A DNA stretch of 39,167 bases from Candidatus Asbonarchaeaceae archaeon (GCA_034190585.1 JAXIOB010000004.1:1-39167); one strand, 5' to 3'. Shown: positions 15,815 through 24,944, counted from the first letter of the stretch. Notes: a model not told the origin generated them from the letters alone. Numbers and translations: made by a program.

Positions 15815-16708
15815 GTGGCGCCTGTACAAATCAGTAAGTTCCTATCCCGAACTGCACAGCTCTACCGCGTACGAGATTGGAAATCAGCGGTAGGGCTTGC
15901 AGTTCTTGGATGGTTGACCACTGGCGGCCGTCCAGCTCACCTTGTCACCGCAACTGCAACATCAGCGCTTCTCTTGGCGTTTTCCTTTGCGTTTAATGAT
16001 ATTTGCGATGCCAGATACACCAATGAGTCAACTAGGTTAGGAGAGCTGTATCGGGATCAGCCGGAGGCGGCGACGGGGGTAGCAATCCTGCCGCTGGTGG
16101 CAGCTGTTCTGTTGCTATGGACGCTGCCTCCACGGGTAGCAGTGGCTGCTGCCGGGTTTGTCTTGTTGACGATACAGTATTCAGCTCCCCCGTTCCAGTT
16201 AACAGCCCGACCTGTGCTAGGGACAATCACTAATGTCATTTCAGCACTACTACTTATTCTGGTCGGGGCATCATCCCGTCCCCTTACACCAGCGACAGTG
16301 ATTCTGATACTCGTCTATACATGGTTCTTCATATTGGCAGAACTGTTACACCAGGTCGACGACTTTGACGAGGACCAGGCTGCCGGAAGATCCACCCTTG
16401 CAATTATTATCGGTCCTGAGCAGTTGCATAAAATCTTGAAAATCGGGTGTTTAGCTGTCTCTATCGTAGCTGCTATGACGGCGCTATTCCTCCCTGAGAT
16501 CGCCGTCCTACTCGTCGTGGCGTCCCTATTTAACCTTCTTCGGGTCGTTCGTCTAAACGGCCTCAGCCCTCTTGAGTTAGGGGACTGCAGGGAGCGGTTG
16601 TTTGGGACAGTAGAGGGCCTTGTATACCTCATTGTGCTCTCCATCCCACTGGCTGGTCAATCAACACAACAGGTTATTCCTGTTCTTGTAGGCGGTGGTG
16701 TAGGGTGA
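15815..16708 (+). CDS. UbiA-family membrane prenyltransferase (paralogue 1)
   Basis: Polytopic membrane protein. The first Asp motif is AFNDICDARY and the second is HQVDDFDEDQAAGRSTLA. The start is GTG. Its stop overlaps the next gene's start (GTGA at 16705-16708). Confidence 0.75.
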   Translation: MAPVQISKFLSRTAQLYRVRDWKSAVGLAVLGWLTTGGRPAHLVTATATSALLLAFSFAFNDICDARYTNESTRLGELYRDQPEAATGVAILPLVAAVLLLWTLPPRVAVAAAGFVLLTIQYSAPPFQLTARPVLGTITNVISALLLILVGASSRPLTPATVILILVYTWFFILAELLHQVDDFDEDQAAGRSTLAIIIGPEQLHKILKIGCLAVSIVAAMTALFLPEIAVLLVVASLFNLLRVVRLNGLSPLELGDCRERLFGTVEGLVYLIVLSIPLAGQSTQQVIPVLVGGGVG

Positions 16709-18498
16709 GAGCGCGCTTGAATTCGTGCATCAGGAAGTTGCGTCATAGCAGTTCTTACGTGGATAGGTATGACACGGTACGTGCCCTTCTTCTGTTGATA
16801 CTTTTGGTCGGAGCTGGCGTCCGCATAGCCAATCTAGGCGGGTCGCCCCTGTGGGCCGGAGAGGCGATGTGGGCAGAGACGTCAGCAGAACTGGTTGAGC
16901 AGCCCCGCGTCATTCCGCGGTACCTTGAAACCGGCAGACCTTTAACCGGTCACCCTCCGGTTTATTTCCACCTTAATACCCTGGCGTATATTGCCGGCGA
17001 CCCTGGAGAGGCAGCGCTGAGACTCCTGAGCGCCCTCGCCGGCGCCCTGACAGGTCTCATAATCTATTTACTTGGTAGACGGTTCTATGATGAGAATACT
17101 GGTCTGATGGCTGCCGCGTTCTTAGCGGTGTCTAGTAATCATGTTCTCTACAGTCGACAAGTGCATCCAACTGCCCTCGGCGTATTCTTGATGGCTTCAT
17201 CAGTCTATCTTGCGGTCAAGGCAGCTCAGACAGGAGAAACGAAGATGATTGGGGCAGCGGCTGGAACAGCACTGCTGGCTGTATCAACCCATTATATGGC
17301 CGCGGTATTGTTACTGCTCTTTCCCGCCATATTTTACATTGAGCAGGGATGGCGACAGTCTTTGACGGGAGAACGATCGTTGTTAGGGGGGTATATTGCG
17401 TTGGTCGTTGCAACGAGTATCCACGGTATCTGGAATATTGTCAATGCATACCCCGCCACGATGCTCAACCCTGTCCGTCGCTCAAGGACATCAGTGTTTC
17501 AATTTATCTCTGGTCTTCGGACTGAAATAGCGACTGTGGGCGGCGGTCTCTGGCGTCTTATCTCGTTCTACTTCTCTCCCTCGTTCCTTTATTTACCGCC
17601 GCTGTTGGCGCTTGTTCCTGTAACAGACGCAGGCCGCCCTAGCAGAGCATGGAGGGATAGTCCAGATGGGCCGGCTGCTGGCTCACGCATCCTGTATCTG
17701 TGGATTCTCATAACTGCTGCGATACTAACTGGTGTCGTCCTCCTTTACAGAGCCACTGGGTTGGATCCGGTTCGGTCTCATCCGTTCCTTGTTATCCCAT
17801 TGCTGCTGCTGGCCGCACGAGGCAGCGTTCTCCTATACCGTCGCAGCCAGGGTTTCGGGATTCTACCAGTTCTTTTGCTACTTACCTATCTCACCCATTT
17901 GCCGGCGGTGATGGGAATAGGCGTTGTCAATCCAGATATCGGGGGAAGTATGGTGCGTAACGCCATGTACACAGTCGACTCAGTGTACGTGGCCGTTGAT
18001 ACCGACCTCGATCAGGATCAATCCTTGCAAGAACTACAATACGGGCTGGTTGCGCCGAACGTTAGCGTCGAATTCTCTTATGATGTGTATTTGCCGAAGA
18101 TGTTCGTTGAGACAGAGTCTATCGTCTGTACTGGCGAGTATTACAGGCCGCTCTTCTGCTTTAATCGCCATCCAGTCGGATTCAACGACGCGCTGGATTG
18201 GGATAACGTGACAGCGTATCTTGATGCACAGATACAGGAGGGTGAGACCGTATACGCGTCCCGAGCGGGTCCTGTTCGCTACTATTCGGATTCACCGGTT
18301 TCTGTGACCGACCTGATCTGTAATATCGGACACCGAGGCTGCAACATTTCACGTGCGGTGGACAACGACACACCGTTCTGGATAGTTGTAACGGCCGACA
18401 GGTTTGCATGGCAGTTCACCTCAAACGAAAAAAGGAAATTGCAGAACTCCTGCAACAAGACCGTGCTTGACTATGTCTGGATCTTCCATTGTCGGTAG
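16705..18498 (+). CDS. GT-C fold membrane glycosyltransferase (ArnT / PMT_2 / GT39-like), paralogue 1
   Basis: The N-terminal loop is VRIANLGGSPLWAGEAMWAE. It also has LLGRRFYDENTGLMAAAFLAVSSNHVLYSRQ, more than 10 predicted TM helices and a C-terminal Cys-containing soluble domain. It is clearly paralogous to ORF 25697-27595. Confidence 0.75.
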   Translation: MRARLNSCIRKLRHSSSYVDRYDTVRALLLLILLVGAGVRIANLGGSPLWAGEAMWAETSAELVEQPRVIPRYLETGRPLTGHPPVYFHLNTLAYIAGDPGEAALRLLSALAGALTGLIIYLLGRRFYDENTGLMAAAFLAVSSNHVLYSRQVHPTALGVFLMASSVYLAVKAAQTGETKMIGAAAGTALLAVSTHYMAAVLLLLFPAIFYIEQGWRQSLTGERSLLGGYIALVVATSIHGIWNIVNAYPATMLNPVRRSRTSVFQFISGLRTEIATVGGGLWRLISFYFSPSFLYLPPLLALVPVTDAGRPSRAWRDSPDGPAAGSRILYLWILITAAILTGVVLLYRATGLDPVRSHPFLVIPLLLLAARGSVLLYRRSQGFGILPVLLLLTYLTHLPAVMGIGVVNPDIGGSMVRNAMYTVDSVYVAVDTDLDQDQSLQELQYGLVAPNVSVEFSYDVYLPKMFVETESIVCTGEYYRPLFCFNRHPVGFNDALDWDNVTAYLDAQIQEGETVYASRAGPVRYYSDSPVSVTDLICNIGHRGCNISRAVDNDTPFWIVVTADRFAWQFTSNEKRKLQNSCNKTVLDYVWIFHCR

Positions 18499-18647
18499 AG
18501 GAAATTATCCTACGTTTCATGATGAATCAAATTTTTCCCTCCCAAAGAAGGCATCTCTACCGATTATTTAGACAGGTTTCGGTCACAAAGAACGGGCGCC
18601 CTGCCCCTAAAAATTCTACGATCTAAGGCACTGAAGGTCGAAAGATG

Positions 18648-18654
18648 TATTAAT
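18648..18654 (+). promoter_or_regulatory. TATA-like box about 22-28 nt upstream of ATG 18676 (suggests a leaderless or short-leader mRNA)
   Basis: tattaat lies within the 177-nt intergenic spacer. Confidence 0.3.
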
Positions 18655-18675
18655 CTCTCAAGCACAACTCTATCT

Positions 18676-19863
18676 ATGGTTAGTGAGAGTGAATTCGAGC
18701 AATACGTAGGACGACCAGGATATTACCAAAGTATGAAGGTGAGTGGGTCTGAGGGGAATTATCTGGTTTCTCAGGAGGGTAGAAAATTTATTGATCTTAT
18801 CGCGGGGTGGTGCGTTGTCAATGCAGGATACGGGCGTGAGGAGATTATCTCTCGCATGGCGGAACATGCCGAACAGGCGGCCTACGTGAAGACGTCCTAT
18901 ATTGACGAGCGAACTGTGCAATTGGCCGAGCGGCTAGCTCAGCTAGCACCTGGCAATCTTCGGCAAACGTTTAGAGTGCCCAGCGGCACCGAAGCTGTAG
19001 AGATTTCAATCAAGGCTGCAAGGCTTTACACTGGGAAAGACACCATAATAAGTAACGAATTGGCGTATCACGGGACAGCGTATGGTGCGATGAGTGCAGG
19101 ATATGATGAACTAGGACAGCCATTCACTCCGTTAGATCCGGGGTTTGATCGGGTACCAGTTCCAGACTTTACAGATGCGTGGTACGACGAGTTTGCGGAG
19201 CGGATGTCGAAGGGGGACGTAGCTGCATACCTCTCAGAGACAGTTCTCACCCATCAGGGAGTCGTTATTCCGCCGAATGATCACTATGAACGGGTGAGTG
19301 AAATCTGTAATGCGAACGATGCACTTCTGATACTGGATGAGGTAGCGAACGGGTTTGGACGGACAGGGAAAATGTTTGCCGCCGACCACTATGGCGTGAC
19401 TCCGGATATAATGGCGCTCGCAAAGGGGATGAGTTCCGGGTACGCTCCCGCTGGTGGGGCTATCATGGCCCCAGATATCGGGGAGGAGATGTCTACCACT
19501 AAAATGAGCGCCTACTCAACGTTTGGCTGGGTTCCCGCAGCTGTTGGAGCTGTGCAGGCGAATATCGACATTTTACAGGACGAAGGACTTTCTACGGGTC
19601 AGGAGAATCTCGGGGATACCCTCGAGGAGGAGCTGATTCGTATCGACGGTGTGCGAGAGGTTCGACGGAAAGGATTGCTTGTTGGCGTCGTGCTTGAGGA
19701 TTCAACTGCCGCCGATGCGCGGGCGGCCGCATCACAGAACGGTGTTCTTGCCGGAACGACCAATGATGGACGCGTTCTCCTTCTTGCCCCGCCGCTCAAC
19801 GTTGAAGAGGCCTATGTGGCGGAAGGCATCCAGCGCCTCGAGAACGCGATCGAGGTGAGGTAA
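18676..19863 (+). CDS. Class III (omega-type) PLP-dependent aminotransferase
   Basis: Motifs are GWCVVNAGYGREEI, PSGTEAVEISIKAAR, LILDEVANGFGRTGKMFA and PDIMALAKGMSSGYAP (PLP lysine context). Confidence 0.9.
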   Translation: MVSESEFEQYVGRPGYYQSMKVSGSEGNYLVSQEGRKFIDLIAGWCVVNAGYGREEIISRMAEHAEQAAYVKTSYIDERTVQLAERLAQLAPGNLRQTFRVPSGTEAVEISIKAARLYTGKDTIISNELAYHGTAYGAMSAGYDELGQPFTPLDPGFDRVPVPDFTDAWYDEFAERMSKGDVAAYLSETVLTHQGVVIPPNDHYERVSEICNANDALLILDEVANGFGRTGKMFAADHYGVTPDIMALAKGMSSGYAPAGGAIMAPDIGEEMSTTKMSAYSTFGWVPAAVGAVQANIDILQDEGLSTGQENLGDTLEEELIRIDGVREVRRKGLLVGVVLEDSTAADARAAASQNGVLAGTTNDGRVLLLAPPLNVEEAYVAEGIQRLENAIEVR

Positions 19864-20508
19864 TTGGAGGCGGTGGTAAACGTAGGAGGAGCGACCTTGC
19901 GTGATTCAGATGTGCTCGGCCCCGTAGTGGAAGAACTGGAGGCTGTTGACGAACAGCTAATACTGGTAGCAGGGGGAGGAGGACTTGTCGATGAAATACG
20001 ACGATTGGATACATCCCATGACTTACCGGCCTCGCTGTGCCACTGGGCTGCTATCAGGTGTATGGACATTAACGGTGAGGTACTGGCGTCCAGATCTCAG
20101 CGGTTTGTGCCCGTCAGCCTTGCGAACCAAATCGAGAGTGCGTGGAGGGAAGACGAAATCCCTGTACTACTTCCGCACGACATTCTAAAAGAGAAAAATC
20201 CGTTGCCTGTGTCGTGGGCGGTGACTTCTGATTCAATTTCTGTGTGGGCAGCCTCCTACTTTGGATTAGACGCTGCGATACTTCTTAAGCAGGTCAAAGG
20301 GATAACCCAGGATGGTGAACTCCGGGGTGAGATTGGAGCGGCCGAGGTACGTGACAGTGATACAGACGTGGTGGATCCGGTCTTGCCGCAGGTTATCATT
20401 CGTCACGGAGTCCAGGCATCAATAGTCTCATCACGCCATCCTGGTCGTGTAGCGAGCGCGATACGCGGTGAGCCGTGTCAGGGGACTCTCATTCTTCCAG
20501 AGGTCTAA
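19864..20508 (+). CDS. Small amino-acid-kinase-fold protein (uridylate-kinase-related); candidate MfnE-like small-molecule phosphate kinase
   Basis: The TTG start directly abuts the aminotransferase stop. It has VVNVGGATL (the KxGGS-type loop), LILVAGGGGLVDEIR and PVSWAVTSDSISVWAASYFGLDAAILLKQVKGI. At 214 aa it is shorter than UMP kinase or IPK. Confidence 0.5.
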   Translation: MEAVVNVGGATLRDSDVLGPVVEELEAVDEQLILVAGGGGLVDEIRRLDTSHDLPASLCHWAAIRCMDINGEVLASRSQRFVPVSLANQIESAWREDEIPVLLPHDILKEKNPLPVSWAVTSDSISVWAASYFGLDAAILLKQVKGITQDGELRGEIGAAEVRDSDTDVVDPVLPQVIIRHGVQASIVSSRHPGRVASAIRGEPCQGTLILPEV

Positions 20509-20638
20509 AGAGGAATCTATTCGGTGTCTATATCAGCCCCAATTTTTCTGGACGTCTTGAAGAATTCTGATTCCCGGCCCAGTATACCGGCTCTGAAGAC
20601 GGAAAAAATGCCGGAAATACACCTAAGATTTAATAATT

Positions 20639-20647
20639 CAGTAGTAG
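20639..20647 (+). promoter_or_regulatory. TATA-like box about 27 nt upstream of TTG 20670
   Basis: tttaataat lies in the 161-nt spacer. Confidence 0.3.
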
Positions 20648-20669
20648 GAACAAAGAATGGAGAGCGCCC

Positions 20670-21500
20670 TTGAATCTGAAGCGTTTCTATAGGGTTTCTG
20701 ATTGGTATCCAAATATGGGGATCGCGGTAGTCGGTGTTCTAAGTGCAGGTGTTGGCGCTGGAAACGTGGTTTCAGCCGCTGTTGCGTTGGTCCAGGTGTT
20801 CCTTGTTCAGCTCCACTCGTTCAGTATGAATAACTATTACGACGCCAGATATTGGAAAGAAAATAACTACATACAGGAGCTATTAGAGCACGGGACGCCT
20901 CGTTGGAAAATATATTTTTACGGCCACATACCTCTTCTCTTGGCGGCGCTCTTTTTACCGGTTTCAGGGATATTCACACTACTTCTTCTGGGATATGCCG
21001 CCCTCTTCTACGTATACCAGGGCCCGCCGCGACTGAAGATGCACTGGGCCTCCTCTCTGGTGCTGAACGCGATCCCGCTCGGACTGATAATATACCTTCA
21101 TCCTTATCTGGTTACGTCAGGACGTCTCGAAACCACAGGAATATTCTTCGCGGTGATGTTCACATTCTACATGGCATTCTTCGAGATCGCACATCAACTT
21201 CAGCACGATAAGATAGAGAGCAGTCATTCATTGGTCGACGTATTTGGGCGGGAAACCTCTGTTAAAATAGGGATGATCGCCCTAACCATCCCTGCGCTAC
21301 TTGGACTGTTGTTGTATTTCGTTGCAACCCTGCCGGCGTCGATAAGTGCAGTAGCGGTAGGATTCACAGCTTTGCGGCTTTATACACTCATCGATATCGG
21401 AACTGATCCCGACGCCGTGCAAACTATAAGAGGCTCTTGGCATAAGTTCTATTCTGCATTTGAGGGCGCAATTTACGTAATTTTACTGGCTGTGATGTAG
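20670..21500 (+). CDS. UbiA-family membrane protein, divergent paralogue 2 with eroded Asp-rich motifs
   Basis: Polytopic. It aligns by eye to paralogue 1: SMNNYYDARYWKEN versus AFNDICDARYTNES, and EIAHQLQHDKIESSHSLVDVFG versus ELLHQVDDFDEDQAAGRSTLAIIIG. The start is TTG; an internal Met lies at 20715. Confidence 0.55.
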   Translation: MNLKRFYRVSDWYPNMGIAVVGVLSAGVGAGNVVSAAVALVQVFLVQLHSFSMNNYYDARYWKENNYIQELLEHGTPRWKIYFYGHIPLLLAALFLPVSGIFTLLLLGYAALFYVYQGPPRLKMHWASSLVLNAIPLGLIIYLHPYLVTSGRLETTGIFFAVMFTFYMAFFEIAHQLQHDKIESSHSLVDVFGRETSVKIGMIALTIPALLGLLLYFVATLPASISAVAVGFTALRLYTLIDIGTDPDAVQTIRGSWHKFYSAFEGAIYVILLAVM

Positions 21501-21582
21501 AGAGCAGCTGAATCTGATTATCGATAGTTATCTTACGTGCTATGTTAACAGTATTTTAACCCACATCTTGCTTAAACAGCCC

Positions 21583-22530
21583 TTAGACAATATTATCCCA
21601 TAAGTCACCCATGATACGGCGTTCGGCGATTTCGCTATACATCTCTACACCGTCAGTAGTAGAATCTGCGGTATCTGTCGAGGTAATACCTCCAAACTGT
21701 GTTCTCTCGGGATCTAATGTTACCTGTTTCAGTTCTGTATTTCCGAACTCTGGGTGAAGGCAAAGGGCAGCAGCAATTGGGTCAAAGAGAACACCTCTGT
21801 ATGAGGTGGGAAATATCTGTGATATGTGGCCTCGAACCGATTCGTAGACCATCAAGCTTGGCGGATAGGTACCTGTGCTCAGCCAAGATGAGGGTATAAC
21901 GTGCTTGATTGTCTGTAGCACCGCCCGCCTACTAATACCGCCGAGGGGGGGATACAGTGACTGACAGATGTCGCCTGTAACAAGTCTCTGCTCACCCGGT
22001 GCATCAAGAACTTTTTTTGCGGCTCTTGGATCTTTCCAGAAATTGAATTCAGCGCCATGCGGGGTGTTGCCATACCCGATGCCGCCACCCATGATTGTAA
22101 CAGTTTGATACCCTTGTAGTAAACTGTGGTGCTTGTCTATCGCTCGCGCGATATTGGATAAGGGACCTATTACGAGTAGATCGATTCCATCGTTCATATT
22201 ATTGAACAGAAATTCTGTAGAGAGTCCGTAGACGTCGCAATCGGTTCCGTTAAATGTTATGCCGCCGAGTCCGTCGTCTCCGTGGATGTCCCTACTATCG
22301 TGTTCAGGTCCTTGCTGATCGACAACCCCCTTGTTTATAGGAATATTGAGGTCGAGTGCATCGGCGATATACGCAGCATTCTGTAATACCTGTTCTCGAC
22401 CCACATTCCCGGGGACCGTGTTTATACCGACAATTTCTGCACAGTCTGCATTAGCAAGATAGGTGAGTGCCAGGAAATCATCGACACCGGCGTCAGTTTC
22501 GATTAATATTCTCTTTGGTTCATCGCTCAT
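21583..22530 (-). CDS. Inosine/uridine-preferring nucleoside hydrolase family protein
   Basis: The N-terminal metal/ribose-binding motif is ILIETDAGVDDFLALTYL. The protein also contains LLVIGPLSNIARAI, and it is 315 aa long. Confidence 0.85.
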   Translation of the reverse strand: MSDEPKRILIETDAGVDDFLALTYLANADCAEIVGINTVPGNVGREQVLQNAAYIADALDLNIPINKGVVDQQGPEHDSRDIHGDDGLGGITFNGTDCDVYGLSTEFLFNNMNDGIDLLVIGPLSNIARAIDKHHSLLQGYQTVTIMGGGIGYGNTPHGAEFNFWKDPRAAKKVLDAPGEQRLVTGDICQSLYPPLGGISRRAVLQTIKHVIPSSWLSTGTYPPSLMVYESVRGHISQIFPTSYRGVLFDPIAAALCLHPEFGNTELKQVTLDPERTQFGGITSTDTADSTTDGVEMYSEIAERRIMGDLWDNIV

Positions 22531-22622
22531 ACGTCATTAAGGCTCCATTAGATAAGAACTACACGTGGAAGAACAAAAAAGGTACTTCCCGATTTATTTA
22601 CAGCCGGATCGGCGAGACTCGC

Positions 22623-23267
22623 TTACTCAACAGTAATTTGGTCGATGGCTCCCCATTCACCACAGCTGTCGCCGCGGGGGCCGCCGGCGATGACAGAAAC
22701 TCCTAGCAGTACCTGCTGGCCGCTAAAGGCTGATAAGTTAGCCGTTAGGGTGGTCCACCCACTACTGGGGGTAATCACTCGATCCCTACGGACGCCCTCA
22801 TCACCGCCTGGACTGGCAAAGATTTCGATAATTGAATCCGCAGTACATCCCGAGTACTCAGAATAGTCGGTCTTACCCGCGATATTTTGGACAACTGCTT
22901 GAGCTTCGAGATTTTCTTTTTCAGGTAAATTAACTGTTTGAAAGACGCGAACCCTTTCTCCATCAGGAGCGTTCATGGTAATCATGCCCTTCTTGTCGCC
23001 GCGAGGAGGAGTCAACTCAGGATTATATGCAGCAGTTCCGCTCCAAGGTGCTGATTGGAATTTGCTGAAGAAATAGGGCGGCTGTACCCCCGCAAGTCTT
23101 GATTCAGAGTAAATGAAATCGGAGTTTCTGACTACATTATTATCAGACGCATCTCCTCTTTGGGTTGTCAGACCACCATCCATCAGGAAATAGCCAGCAG
23201 CTCCCCCGACAGCTAAAATAACGAAAATCGCAAGGAAGTCTTTCTGGTCAAAATACATATCAATCAT
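22623..23267 (-). CDS. Membrane-anchored secreted protein of unknown function
   Basis: The N-terminal TM is FLAIFVILAVGGAAGYFLM. The extracellular domain ends in GGPRGDSCGEWGAIDQITVE. Confidence 0.5.
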   Translation of the reverse strand: MIDMYFDQKDFLAIFVILAVGGAAGYFLMDGGLTTQRGDASDNNVVRNSDFIYSESRLAGVQPPYFFSKFQSAPWSGTAAYNPELTPPRGDKKGMITMNAPDGERVRVFQTVNLPEKENLEAQAVVQNIAGKTDYSEYSGCTADSIIEIFASPGGDEGVRRDRVITPSSGWTTLTANLSAFSGQQVLLGVSVIAGGPRGDSCGEWGAIDQITVE

Positions 23268-23375
23268 TCTATTGTAAAATTCTGTTTGCTTATAAGCCTT
23301 TCCCTTAGCAATCAGTCGACATCATATCACCATCAGGTTTATGTTTAATTTTTTCAAAGGCGAAAAATATTCGCG

Positions 23376-24944
23376 ATGAATGGTGATGAAAATCGGGCTG
23401 TTGTATTTCTAATCCTGTTTTTAATGGCCCTTGTTGCCGGTATTGGCGTGTCTCTGTTCATGGGATCTACGTTTTCAACAAATTCCGCTGAAACGGTGGA
23501 TGCCCCTGAAACTGTGAGCACGTGCCAGCCGCCTGGAAAAGGGGAAAATTCCGTTCTAAAATGTTTTGATGGTGGGTCTTTCTGCAGGATGACCACTATT
23601 TCCGAACGGCCTGTCAACTGTTCTGAATGGTATGGCTCATCTCCATCAGCTGACTGTGACTGCACGACGCATAATTTAAACAATGTCTCAATGATCACTG
23701 ACCCGGTCAATTATGTTATGGCTCCCACCGCAAACGCGACCTATAGCGAAACAGTCGTAACCTCTAAAATTCCAAATGGGTGGGATCTCGAACCCCTTCC
23801 CAACGATCGAGGATTTCTGGTGACATTACACAATGGAAGCCTAATCAAATATAACGGTAGTACGTTGCACATACTTGGAAATATTGATGTTTACAATCGT
23901 CAGATGGCAGGGTTGATGGGGCTGGCAATCGACCCCAATTTTTCTCAAAACAAGCGGGTGTACTTATATTACACGTATGATAAGGTAGGAGAGGAATGGG
24001 AGCGGTTCAATTATGACCAACGATCCGGAAGATTTTTCGTCAAAAGTAGGATATCACGGTTTGAGGTCAACAATGGGAAGCTTGTTAATCAGACGGTGCT
24101 CGTTGATCAAATCCCCGGTGATACCATGCATACCGGCGGTCGGCTAGAAACCGGTCCTGATGACAATCTCTGGTTCACTGTGGGGGACGCGGGAAACGGG
24201 TGGCATAGTTTCTATAAAAAGTATATGAACGGAAAGATAATGAGAGTCAACCTGAATGGGTCAATCCCGTCGAAAAATCCGTTCAAGGATTCTCTGGTGT
24301 ATACGAGAGGTCACAGGAACCCGCAAGGATTGGCCTGGAATCCTCAGTCGGGTAATGCATGGTCTTCTGAGCACAGTGACTGGAGAAACGACGAGATAAA
24401 CCGCCTTAAAAAAGGTGAATGGTATGGATGGCCTATCAAGCAGTGCCGAAGTTACAATGGAGAATTGGCCGAATTATCGGACCGTGAGATTACCCAGACA
24501 ATCGACTGCTTGGAAAGCATGAGCGGCAGAAATGAGGCGGAGCAATGTAGTCCGGGAATACGTTCAAAACTGGAACAAACGATAGATGAGGTTGATTCTA
24601 AGGTTCGCCGCGTTAATGTTACGCCAGCGGATATGGCTCTCATGTTTGATGAGGCCACATCCCCGGCAGCCTGTTCCGGCGATGACTGGACGCTGGCCCC
24701 GAGCGGTATGACGTTTGTAGACGACTCTGACCACCCATGGTACGGAGATCTTTTCGTCGCTGGCCTCAGAAGCAATCATCTCCATCGTTTCGATATTGAA
24801 AACGGAGAGGTTGATAATGACTCAATTTTCTACATACCTGAGGCGCCTGGTATATCCGCTCGCCTGCGGGATGTCGAATTTCATGACGGAAGCCTCTGGA
24901 TCCTTGGTGACTCACACGGGATAGTGCGGCTTTCACCCTCCTAA
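23376..24944 (+). CDS. Membrane-anchored PQQ-dependent (soluble-glucose/sorbosone dehydrogenase-type) beta-propeller sugar dehydrogenase
   Basis: The N-terminal TM is followed by a Cys-rich linker. The GSDH-type motifs are GLMGLAIDPNFSQNKRVYLYYTY, HTGGRLETGPDDNLWFTVGDAGN, RGHRNPQGLAWNPQSGNAWSSEHS and WYGWP. Confidence 0.8.
   Translation: MNGDENRAVVFLILFLMALVAGIGVSLFMGSTFSTNSAETVDAPETVSTCQPPGKGENSVLKCFDGGSFCRMTTISERPVNCSEWYGSSPSADCDCTTHNLNNVSMITDPVNYVMAPTANATYSETVVTSKIPNGWDLEPLPNDRGFLVTLHNGSLIKYNGSTLHILGNIDVYNRQMAGLMGLAIDPNFSQNKRVYLYYTYDKVGEEWERFNYDQRSGRFFVKSRISRFEVNNGKLVNQTVLVDQIPGDTMHTGGRLETGPDDNLWFTVGDAGNGWHSFYKKYMNGKIMRVNLNGSIPSKNPFKDSLVYTRGHRNPQGLAWNPQSGNAWSSEHSDWRNDEINRLKKGEWYGWPIKQCRSYNGELAELSDREITQTIDCLESMSGRNEAEQCSPGIRSKLEQTIDEVDSKVRRVNVTPADMALMFDEATSPAACSGDDWTLAPSGMTFVDDSDHPWYGDLFVAGLRSNHLHRFDIENGEVDNDSIFYIPEAPGISARLRDVEFHDGSLWILGDSHGIVRLSPS

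Noticed and set aside
19864-20508. The 214-aa AAK-fold ORF as UMP kinase (pyrH) or a second IPK
   Set aside because: It is shorter than both. It lacks the IPK HGxGSxGH motif seen in ORF 13120-13899. It is translationally coupled to an aminotransferase inside an accessory island, which is not a housekeeping context.
22612-22622. The small palindrome GCGAG-A-CTCGC downstream of ORF 22623-23267 as a terminator hairpin
   Set aside because: It has a 5-bp stem and a 1-nt loop, which is sterically implausible as an RNA hairpin. It is too short to distinguish from chance.
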